Source: Malacoraja senta (taxonomy: Eukaryota). From it: a stretch of 64,000 bases of DNA. The position numbers and the translations under genes are program-made. Shown piece after piece: positions 1 to 9,461 of the stretch. Each line of letters opens with the position of its first letter. Position 1 is the first letter of the stretch. The notes beneath the pieces were generated by a model. The model saw only the letters and a program-made list of their open reading frames with translations. It did no database searches and was not told the DNA's origin. The stretch covers positions 8,062,001 through 8,126,000 of the forward strand of contig CM075989.1 in NCBI GenBank assembly GCA_038087875.1, read 5' to 3'.

Positions 1-1
1 G

Positions 2-334
2 CCAGGCACCAGACGAGGCGCAGCAATCACTATTCACGTTGGCACCACTCGGCAGCTCAGTGCCTTCCTGCCTCTGCGGGGGGGAGCTGCCACCCGGCCC
101 GACCTTCTCCCTCACCCGACGTCGTTTCAGTAGCCCCCTTCTTTCCAGGAATGCCTTCCTTTCCAAAAATCGTTGGTACCGCCGGCAGAGTTTCTTCTTG
201 CGCCTGACGTTTCGGCACTCCGGGCTCTGGTGGACGGACCTCGCTGTGCAGGAGATACCATGGAGCAGCCACCTGGAGGCCGAGTCTTCAGGCACTGACA
301 CAGTGAGATTGTCTGCTTCAGGTACGCCCGGCAT
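2..334 (-). CDS. AEN: First coding exon (partial, runs off window) of an apoptosis-enhancing nuclease / ISG20-like DEDDh exonuclease family gene
   Basis: Manual translation gives 111 open codons: MPGVPEADNLTVSVPEDSASRWLLHGISCTARSVHQSPECRNVRRKKKLCRRYQRFLERKAFLERRGLLKRRRVREKVGPGGSSPPQRQEGTELPSGANVNSDCCASSGAW. The basic block RRYQRFLERKAFLERRGLL resembles the recalled AEN N-terminal motif RQHQRFMARKALLQEQGLL, and ISG20L2 less well. There is an in-frame TAA two codons upstream, an A at -3, and a minus-strand acceptor (cttttcttcgtctag|G) placing the exon start at 383. The nuclease domain is not in the window. Confidence 0.65.
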   Translation of the reverse strand, partial: MPGVPEADNLTVSVPEDSASRWLLHGISCTARSVHQSPECRNVRRKKKLCRRYQRFLERKAFLERRGLLKRRRVREKVGPGGSSPPQRQEGTELPSGANVNSDCCASSGAW

Positions 335-426
335 CCTTTACCCACACCACCCCCACTCATTGGTCTGGATACGGCTGTGGAACCTAGACGAAGAAAAGTC
401 CTTTAATTCAAGAGTTTAGAGATATA

Positions 427-988
427 CAGTGGCTTGCAAAAGTTTTCATACCCCTTGAACTTTTCCACATTTTGTCACGTTACAACCACAAACGTAAATT
501 TATTTTATTGGGATTTTATGTGATAGACCAACACAAAGTGGTGCATAATTGTTGAAGTGGAAGGAAAATGATACATGGTTTTCAATTTTTTTTACAAATA
601 AAAAACTGAAAATGTGGCGTGCAAAAGTATTCAGCTCCTGAGTCAATACTTTGTAGAACCACCTTTCGCTGCAATTACAGCTGCAAGTCTTTTGGGGTAT
701 GTCTCTACCAGCTTTACACATCTAGAGACTGAAATTTTTGCCCATTCTTCTTTGCAAAATAGCTCAAGCTCAGTCAGATTGGATGGAGAGCATCTGTGAA
801 CAACAATTTTCAAGTCTTGCCAGAGATTCTCAATTGGATTTAGGTCTGGACTTCGGGCCATTCTAACACATGAATATGCTTTGATCTAAACCATTCCATT
901 GTAGCTCTGGCTATATGTTTAGGGTCGTTGTCCTGCTGGAAGGTGAACCTCCACCCCAGTCTCCAGTCTTTTGCAGACTCTAACAGGT
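427..988 (-). mobile_element. Tc1/mariner DNA transposon: right end and transposase C-terminus (DD34E-type, frameshifted), cut off by the gap
   Basis: TA|CAGTGGCTTGCAAAAG terminus at 427 and an inner direct repeat (gtgcaaaagtattca) near 620. Minus-strand translation FQQDNDPKH...VLEWP / SPDLNPIENLW...AKGGSTKY* is split across two frames near 850. Confidence 0.93.
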
Positions 989-1188
989 NNNNNNNNNNNN
1001 NNNNNNNNNNNNNNNNNNNNNNNNNNNNNNNNNNNNNNNNNNNNNNNNNNNNNNNNNNNNNNNNNNNNNNNNNNNNNNNNNNNNNNNNNNNNNNNNNNNN
1101 NNNNNNNNNNNNNNNNNNNNNNNNNNNNNNNNNNNNNNNNNNNNNNNNNNNNNNNNNNNNNNNNNNNNNNNNNNNNNNNNNNNNNNNN
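989..1188. other. Assembly gap (200 N)
   Basis: Run of exactly 200 N, a placeholder length. Confidence 0.99.
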
Positions 1189-1485
1189 ATACGTGTTCTC
1201 AGCTCCATAGTTTGCCGGCTTTTTCTCGACTTTTTGGAGCGCTCAGATTTCTTTTGTTAATACTTATAAACCTCAACGAGTGATGACTGCTTTGTGTGTG
1301 GGATTTGTTCTCAAGTTTGTTGGAACCACTAATACCTTGGTGAATTGTTACATCCTGCCTGGGCTTTTATAAAACTCTATATCACAAGATTATTCTGTTA
1401 CAATCGGGTGGGTTGAATTGAAGTCTGTGAAAACGATGAAAGCTTTCTTTTGCCTGGTCACGATTATTAAATGGGTAAGAAAGAA

Positions 1486-1580
1486 CTGAAGAAGGGTCTC
1501 GACCCGAAAAGTCACCCATTCCTTCTCTCCAGAGATGCTGCCTGTCCCGCTGAGTTACTCCAGCATTTTACTTCTACCCT
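1486..1580 (+). mobile_element. Penelope-like terminal repeat fragment with hammerhead-like core (representative of many copies)
   Basis: CTGAAGA-A-GGGTC-TC-GACCC-GAAAAGTC followed by gatgctgcctgtcccgctgagttactccagca. The same unit terminates the coding PLE at 51516-51610. Confidence 0.8.
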
Positions 1581-1752
1581 CACTATCGTTAAATCTTGTG
1601 CTGGTCAACTTGTAAGACAGGTTTGTTTCTAAAGCTTGTTTTCATTTGCAACCTGGAGCCACTCCACTGCCAGGACTACGACCATCACCATAGTAACTGT
1701 ATGGTGTCTTCAGCAGTAGAGGATGGGGCAGGGTGGGTATGGAAAGTGAGAT

Positions 1753-1768
1753 GGAGGAGGAGGAGGAG

Positions 1769-1859
<91 letters not shown>

Positions 1860-1864
1860 CAGAG
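1753..1864. repeat. (GGA)n-(GA)n microsatellite
   Basis: Directly visible purine repeat. Confidence 0.97.
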
Positions 1865-1869
1865 AGTCA

Positions 1870-2328
1870 CAAGTCAAGTCCAGTCACATTTATTTATATA
1901 GCACATTTAAAAAACAACTCTCGTTGGCCAAAGTGCTTTACATTTGTTATAAGAATAATATAAACAAACAAACTATATACATATATACATATAGCCCTCG
2001 CTCAGAGGATGTCAAGAAAGGCTTGGGAGCATAGATACGTTTTTAGTCTTGACTTAAAGGAGTCGATGGAGGGGGCAGTTCGGATGGGAAGGGGGATGCT
2101 GTTCCACAGTCTAGGAGCTGCAACCGCAAAGGTGCAGTCGCCCCTGAGCTTATGCCTAGACCGCGGGATATTCAGCAACCCCAAGTCGGCCGATCTGAGG
2201 GACCTGGAGGTGGAGTGGTGGGTGAGAAGACTTTTAATGTAGGTGGAGGCAACCCCATTGAGGGCTTTGTAGACATAGAGGAGGATCTTGAAATGTATAC
2301 GGAACCGCACAGGGAGCCAGTGGAGAGA
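1870..2328 (-). mobile_element. L2-clade LINE 3' end (young copy)
   Basis: HWLPVRFRIHFKILL...APRLWNSIP...FKSRLKTYL C-terminus, 3' UTR and (CTTGA)n tail. Nearly identical to 19485-19950. Confidence 0.88.
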
Positions 2329-3064
2329 GAGAGTTTACAAATATATCAGTATCCAAATAGTCTTGCGTAGATACATTGATAATCTTTTGTACAAAAACAT
2401 TAACACAGCGGAATCGAAAGTGCACAGAAGAACAATGTATTTATAAAATGGCAATAGGCCATGTAAAGAGATATTAGCGCAGGTACCAAAAGTTAATTGA
2501 ACAATGGATTGATGAGGTGGAGAGTAGGAGGTGGAGAGTTTTAGAGAGGGAATTTCAGACCAGAGTTGAAAGCCTGGCGAAATGTGTAAGAAGGAACTGC
2601 AGATGCTGGTTTAAACCAAAGATGGGCACAAAAAGCTGGAGTAACTCAGCGGAACCTTGGACTTTCTGGTGGGACAATGGAGGAGGCCCAGGACAGAGAG
2701 CTCAGTATGGGAATGGGAAGGGGAGTTAAAGTGTTTGGCAATTAGAAGATCGCGTAGGCCAAGGGGGACAGAGTGTAGGTGTTCAGTGAAACAATCATCC
2801 AGTCTGATACGATACTACTACTATGGTACATTGGTAAGAGTGATTGGGGAGCTGCCAAATTTCCTTAGCCTTCTGAGCCGTTGGTGTAGTTGACAACTAC
2901 CTTTTCTGTCGTGTCAATGGAGTTAATCATTAATTTAATTTGTAAGCCAGATTAAGAAAAGGTGGTCATCTGGAGCTTGGCCATGATAAACTGTGATTGC
3001 CTGAGTGCCAGAATAGATTGAGGGGCTGAATGGCCTCATCCTGTTCCTACATTGAGGTTGTTCA

Positions 3065-3515
3065 AGAAGGAACTGCAGATGCTGGAAAATCGAAGGTAGA
3101 CAAAAATGCTGGAGAAACTCAGCGGGTGAGGCAGCATCTATGGAGCGAAGGAAATAGGCAACGTTTCGGGCCAAAACCCTTCTTCAGACTGATGTAGGGT
3201 GGGGGGGAGGGGGCAGGGAAGAAGAAAGGAAGAGGAGGGGCCAGAGGGCTAAGGGGGAGCTGAGAAGAGGAGGAGACAGCAAGGGCTACCGGAAATTGGA
3301 GAAGTCAATGTTCATGCCGCTGGGGTGCAGACTGCCCAAGCGGAATATGAGGTGCTGCTCCTCCAATTTCCAGTGGTGCTCACTCTGGCCATGGAGGAGG
3401 CCCAGGACAGAAAGGTCGGATTCGGAATGGGAGGGGGGAGTTGAAGTGCTGAGCCACAGGGAGATCAGGTTGGTTAATGATCGAAAAGATCGCCGAGCCT
3501 ACGCTTGGTCTCACC
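3065..3515 (-). mobile_element. Penelope-like element 3' fragment (GIY-YIG C-terminus plus terminal repeat)
   Basis: PDLPVAQHFNSP and HLIFRLGSL-type coding remnants matching 51707-51950; hammerhead-like core at 3160-3187. Confidence 0.82.
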
Positions 3516-3517
3516 GA

Positions 3518-3775
3518 GTTTAGTTTAGATACCGAAGCACCGAAACAGGCCCTTCGGCCCACTGAGTCTGTGCCGACCAACGATCCCCGTATATCCCTAT
3601 TCACTTACAAACCTGTACATCTGTGGCGTTTGAGAGGGATCCGGAGCACCCGGGGGAAACCCTCGCGGTCACGGGGAGAATGTACACACTCTGTCCAGAC
3701 AGCACCCGTAGTCAGGATCGAACCCGGGTCTTTGGCGCTGTCAGGCAGGAACCACCTCTGCGCCAGCATGCCGCC
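3518..3775 (-). mobile_element. tRNA-derived V-SINE (HE1-like)
   Basis: B-box gacccgggttcgatcctga, body gggtgctgtctg and (CTAAA)n tail on the minus strand. Confidence 0.85.
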
Positions 3776-3786
3776 TGTAAAACTGA

Positions 3787-3859
3787 CGTCCACTTTTGGG
3801 CTCGAACCCATGAACCTGGGATTAAGAGTCCCATGCTCTACCGACTCAGCTAGCCGGGC
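3787..3859 (-). pseudogene. tRNA-Lys(CTT) pseudogene
   Basis: Minus strand reads GCCCGGCTAGCTGAGTCGGTAGAGCATGGGACTCTTAATCCCAGGTTCATGGGTTCGAGCCCAAAAGTGGACG (73 nt). It matches vertebrate tRNA-Lys-CTT with an intact anticodon arm, but D-stem, T-stem and acceptor-stem pairs are broken. No CCA. Confidence 0.88.
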
Positions 3860-6270
3860 TGTTGCAAGAGCAGGAGAATATTGGACCGTTCCTTTGTACT
3901 GTCTGGTTAAAAGAGCTTGATTGAAGGGGCCTGATTGAGAGAGTTGGAGAGGGAGGTGGTGGGTTGTGGTCAGTTCCGTTTTAGTTTGGATAGCACGCAA
4001 CAGAAACTTTTCACTGTACCTCGGCAAACGTGACAATAAACTAAACTGAACTGAACTGAGTCAGCAGTGAGCAGGAGGGAATCTCCAGGGACTGGGAAGG
4101 TGAGAATGGTGAATGGCAGTGACATGGTCATGATTGGGGATGACCATGGAAGCCACCCATGTTTAAAGATGGATTTATTATTGTCTTAAGTACTGAGATA
4201 CTGTGAAACTTTGTTTTGCATGCTATCTAGGCAGATTGTACCACATATGATTAGAACATAGAAAGGAACCAGGGTGCAGAATCTACTGTTAGATAGATAG
4301 ATAGATAGATAGATATGCCTTTATTGTCATTCAGACCGAAGTCTGGACGAAATTGTTACAGCTATAGACAAAATGCAGATAGAAAAGGGAAAACAAAGCA
4401 TGAATGTTGAAAATCCATATTAATTGCGTCGTTACAGAAACAAGAAACTGCACATGCTGGTTTACAAATAAAAAAATCCCAAAGTGCTGGAGTAACTCTA
4501 CGCGTCAGGCAGCGTCCCTTGAGAACATGGATAGTTGACGTCTCACGTCAATCTGAAGAGACGCGAAAAGTCATCTGTCCGTGTTCTCCAGAGATGCTGC
4601 CTGACCCGCCAAGTTACTCCAGCACTTGGTGTCTTTTTTTGTGTGTAATTCTGTCATTTGTTCCCCTGGTTACCAGGAATGCAAGCCGGAATGTGACTCC
4701 AAACCCTAGCAGCATGGTTGACTCTTGGACGCCCTTTGTAATGGAATTGCGAGCAATTAGCTGCAAGCAAAATATGCTGGCTTTGTCAGGGCTACACACA
4801 CCCAGAATCAATTATCATTTGTGGAGGAATGAGAGGAGGTGTAGGTAGTTTACACCAAGCACTACTGACTTGGGTAAATATTTGTGGTTTTGTGACTAAC
4901 TGATTACCAAAAGCAAATCACTTTCAGCATTCGCACAACCGTTGAGTAACCCGTGTAATAAAAGAAATAGGGATGCATTCCCTCTCACCCTCCCCCCCCC
5001 CCTCACCCCCTCCCCCACCCTAGTTGTCCTACCAGTTCCACTGTTCACATCCCTGGTACCCCTCCGTTACCATCTATTTCCCAGCCAACAATCGGCCATT
5101 ATGGGCTCCAACCTTCCCTGGTCTTCTGTTGCCGCCTCTGATTTGTTCTGGCCTCTTCCTACCTCCAGTTCCCCACCCTCTACTTTCAGTCGGAAGAAGG
5201 GTCCCAAACGACACCTATTCCTTTTCTCCAGAGACGCTGCCTGATCCGCAGTTACTCCAGCACTTTGTGTCTATCTTCGGTATAAACCAGCACCTGCAGT
5301 TCCTTCCGCAAAAAGAAAAAGAGAGCTTGGAAACGCACCATTTGGCCACGTCCGCCCTGACTATCCAGATCCCATTTACATGAATCCTAATTTATTTCCA
5401 CATTCCCATCCCATCCCCCCACATTATATCACGTAACCACATCCCACAGACTACTTGCAATGGCCATTTAACCATATGCACCTTTGGCACGTTGGAGGAA
5501 ACTAGAGTAGCTGACAAAACTCATGGATCAGAAAGAGATATGCAAACTCCACACAGACATCACAGGAAATCTGGAACTATGAGGCAGCAGCTCTAATGAC
5601 TGCACCAGAGTAATCCCATTCATAATAAAGGCAGTACATCATAGAGTCACAGTCATAGTGATAATCGTACTGAGGTGTAGCCATTCAGCCATTGAATCTG
5701 CATCATCAACCATCACTTACACTGGGATTAATAAAGGAGTAGTGTATCCTCCACACTTTCCCTCTAACTATGCACGAGGGACATTTTACAATGGCTCAAT
5801 TAAACAACGAATTTGCACATCTTTGGGATGTGAGATGAAACAGGAGCACCCGGGGGAAAGCCACGTGGTCACAGGGAGAACATACAAACTCCACACAGAC
5901 AAAACCCAGTGTCAGGATTGAACCCAGGTCTTGGGTACTAAGAGGCAGTGGTTCTACCAGCTGTACTGTTGTTACCACAGTTAGACCAGAGTGAGGAGAT
6001 GTGGTTTTAATCTGATCAACCGAGACCCTACTAAATCTCTCAGTCGCCCGCTCCCACTCCTGACATGAGGAGGTTTCTATTTCTTTAAAGTCTCAGAGGG
6101 CTTTGCAAGCAATACACTTATTTTCCAGTGCTGTTGTGATGTAATAATATGAGCAGCCTATTTGCACACAGCAAGCTTCTATAAAACTGCAGCAAAGTCA
6201 ACAGATAATACACGTTGGTGTTGTTTGTTGAGGGAAAAATATTGTCTTGGGCAGTAGGGGAGCTACCTAA

Positions 6271-6825
6271 AGGGGCTGTCCCACTTGGGAGACCTAATTG
6301 AAGAGTTTAGGAGAGTTTGAAAAAATGATGTTGAAGACCTCCTTCGACTATGTAGAAGACCTCATTCGACTATGTTGAAGACCAGCTTGGACTAGCTACG
6401 ACTAGCTATGACTAACTTCAGGAAAATTGGACACCGAATCGTGGAGAGTGAAGACAACCTCCTTCGATCTCCTTCGACCTCCCTATGATGAAGACTATCT
6501 ACGACTACCTTCGACTATCTTCGACTACCCTCGATTACCTACGACTAACATTGCGACCTACTATGACCTACAACGACTAAACCTACGAGTAAAAAAAGTA
6601 GCGATGTTTTCCATGGCGACCTTTTTTTACTCGCGGGCATTTTTTAACATATTGAAATAAAACGCCGCGACCTAGTTGAGGCCTCGAGTACGCGGAGACC
6701 ACTCTCGAGCATGAAGGAGAGTTACGAAGACTTTCTACGACCTCGTGTCGACCATGCTGTGAGTATGAGTCGAGGGCAAACTCGCCAGAACTCGCCGATT
6801 AGGTCGACCAAGTGGGACAGCCGCT
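6271..6825. mobile_element. Non-autonomous TIR element (MITE), core type A
   Basis: TAA|AGGGGCTGTCCCACTTGG.GACCTAAT ... ATTAGGTCGACCAAGTGGGACAGCCGCT|TAA, with internal cttcgactat/acgact subrepeats. Confidence 0.88.
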
Positions 6826-6828
6826 TAA

Positions 6829-7229
6829 AGCCCCTGTCCTACTTAGGAGACCTAAACAGCAACCTCTGGTGACCTTGCCCGCCACCCAAGGTTTCCATGA
6901 GGTCACAGGAGGTTTTGGTCACTCTTCCTAATGGTCGAAAGTGGTTTCCGCGTGGTCGAGGCTTCATCTAGGTTGCTGCTATTTTTTCATCATGATTAAA
7001 ACCGGCCTCAACTAAAAATAGGTTGCTGTTTTAAAAATCAATCATTTTTTTGTCGCAGGTCTAGTCAAAGCTGGTTTTCTTGATATTCTTGATATTCGAG
7101 GAAGGTTTTCAACATATGCATAGGAGGTTGCAGGTCACCTCGACCTTGATTTTTTTTTGGGTGGCGGGCAAGGTCACCAGAGGTTGCTGTTTATGACTTA
7201 GAGTTAAGCCCCTAAGTGGGACAGGGGCT
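6829..7229. mobile_element. MITE, core type B, abutting the previous element across one shared TAA
   Basis: TAA|AGCCCCTGTCCTACTTAGG ... CCTAAGTGGGACAGGGGCT|TAA, with a subterminal inverted repeat (aacagcaacctctggtgaccttgcccgccaccca). Confidence 0.88.
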
Positions 7230-8254
7230 TAACTCTCCTTTCAATCCTGCACTTTGCATCCATGATCCTTGAAGCCTCACCCATTGCACACCCCCTTAAA
7301 GTCACAGAGTCAAACAGCATGGAAACATAGTCTTCAGCCTAACTCATCCACGCCGACCAAGTTGCCCCATCAGCTATTTACATTGGGCCCATATCCCTCT
7401 AACTTGTTCCTATTCCATGTACCTGTATACAGAAAATATTCAAGTACATGTCTTGTCAAGGTATAAGGTATACCCTTTAAACAGTATTTGATAAGGTTTA
7501 AAATACCTTTAAAATTTAAACTTTTGTCAATTATCTCTTCTCCTAGCTCGTTCCGTATATATACCATTTCCATGAAACATTGTCCCTCAGGTTCCTATTA
7601 ATATTTCCCCTCCCACATTAAATCTATGTCCTCTGGTTCTTGATTTCCCTACCCTGGGTAAATTACTCTGCGCATTCATCCTATCAACTCCCCTCATGGT
7701 TTTATACACCTCTATAAGATGACCAAACTATCAATCCAGAGTAGGTGCTGGTGAGGACATGAAACCCACAAACATCTGAGTCAGAGGTGACAGACAGCCA
7801 ACTGAGGCTCAAAACACAAGAGCCAGCTGCAACCTCTGGAGAAAACACCAGTGAACACTGGTGTTCATCTCAAGTCTGTGTCATCAAAATACTCGACCAA
7901 AAAACAAAGTGTTGGAGAAACTCAGCGGGTCAGGCAGCATCTTGCGGAGGGAATGGACAGATGACTGTTCAGGTCGGGGCCCTTCTTCTCCAGGTTGAAG
8001 TAGGGTCCCGACCTGAAACATTGTCTGTGTGTTTCCCTCCACCGATGCTGTCTGGCCTGCTGAGTTCCTCCAGCACTTTGTTTATTGCTCAACATTACAG
8101 CAAATGCAGTCTCTTGTCTCTCTGCAATCAAAGAGAATAAACCACAGGTGACACCCATAAGCTAGAGGTTATTGAGGTGTCTTGGTGGAAAATAGCAGTC
8201 AGCTCCCTTAGTTTGTAGCAGGTTCTTGCCATTGATGTCAGCTCTCTCATTCAT

Positions 8255-8795
8255 AGAGTCATGAGATACAGTGTTGGAACAGGCCCTTACGCCCAACTTG
8301 CTAACACCACTCAACATGCTCCATCTACACCAGCCCCACCAGCCTGCATTTGGCCCATATCCCTCTAAACCTGTCCTATCCATGAACCTGTCTAAATATT
8401 TCTCAAACATTGCGATAGTCCCTGCCTCAACTCCATCCTCCGACAGCTCATTGCATAGACTCACTACCCATTGTGTAAAAAAGACACCGCATTCAACCTT
8501 TCAATTTAAACCTATGTCCTCCAGTTCATGATTCCCCTACTCTGGGCAAGAGACTCTGTGTGTTTACCCGATCCATTTACCTCATCCTCCTGCTCTCCAA
8601 GGAATAGAGTCCTAGCCTGCTCAACCTCTCCCTATAGCTCAGGCTCTCGAATCCTGGCAACATCCTCGTAAATCTTCTCTGCACTCTTTCCAGATTGACA
8701 ACATTTGTCCTATAACATGGTGCCTAAAACTGAACACAATACTCCAAATGTGGCCTCACTAATGCCTTATATAAACTGTATTATAACATCCCAGC
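8255..8795 (-). mobile_element. CR1/HER1-type LINE 3' fragment
   Basis: VEAGTIAMFEKYLDRFMDRTGLEGYGPNAG C-terminal remnant and SINE-shared tail. Confidence 0.8.
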
Positions 8796-8873
8796 TGTAT
8801 CGAAGTATTAACATTGCCTGGACCATCAGCTTAGATCCCGTGCTGTTATCTCTGAAGCCGGACTTGAACCTTA

Positions 8874-9181
8874 AGCCCCTGTCCCACTTTCCCGAGTTAC
8901 TCGCGAATTCTCCCGTGTTTTCCCCTTGATTCAAACTCGGCGATACCAGCCGTAGGTACTCGGGACTATTTTTTTAACTCGTGGACATTTTTCAACATGC
9001 TGAAAAAACGTCCCGACTTACCTGATGCCCCGAGTACCTACAGCTGGCATTACGAGCCGCTACGAAATATCTACGGACTCCTACGGCCTCCTACGGACTC
9101 ACTACGGACATTCCCTGAGTTTGAATCAAGGGGAAAACCCAGGAGAATTTGTGAGTAACTCGGGAAAGTGGGACAGGGGCT
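8874..9181. mobile_element. MITE, core type C
   Basis: TTA|AGCCCCTGTCCCACTTTCCCGAGTTACTC ... GAGTAACTCGGGAAAGTGGGACAGGGGCT|TAA. Confidence 0.9.
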
Positions 9182-9245
9182 TAACTTTCGTATCCAGAAT
9201 CAGGAACACTACCGTGAATCTATGTGTCACAGCTCATTATGGACA

Positions 9246-9461
9246 TTCGATCGACTCCTTTAAGTCAAGACTAAAAACTCATCTCTACTCCCAAGCCTTT
9301 CTTGACGTCCTCTGAGCGAGGGCTATATGTATGTAGTGATGTTTGTATTTAAGCTATGAACCACTGTTGTTTGTTATACTATTCTTATACCAATGTAAAG
9401 CACTTTGGCCAACGAGAGTTGTTTTTTAAATGTGCTATATAAATAAAAGTGACTTGACTTG
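9246..9461 (+). mobile_element. L2-clade LINE extreme 3' end
   Basis: SIDSFKSRLKTHLYSQAFLDVL* then 3' UTR and gacttgacttga tail; same family as 1870 and 19485. Confidence 0.85.

Noticed and set aside
39..419. 126-aa plus-strand ORF
   Set aside because: Antisense shadow of the AEN-like exon; no recognisable motif.
840..1260. ORFs containing long X runs
   Set aside because: Artefacts of translating through the N gap.
1300..1380. Possible p53 response element and TATA box for the AEN-like gene
   Set aside because: Only partial half-site matches and a generic TTTTATAAAA; no paired RRRCWWGYYY could be supported.
1596..1963. Arg/Glu-rich and Ser/Leu-rich ORFs
   Set aside because: Translations of the (GA)n microsatellite.
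6340..6590. CRISPR-like regularly recurring short repeats (cttcgactat/acgact)
   Set aside because: Units are short and degenerate, lack unique spacers and lie inside a MITE in vertebrate DNA; no cas genes.
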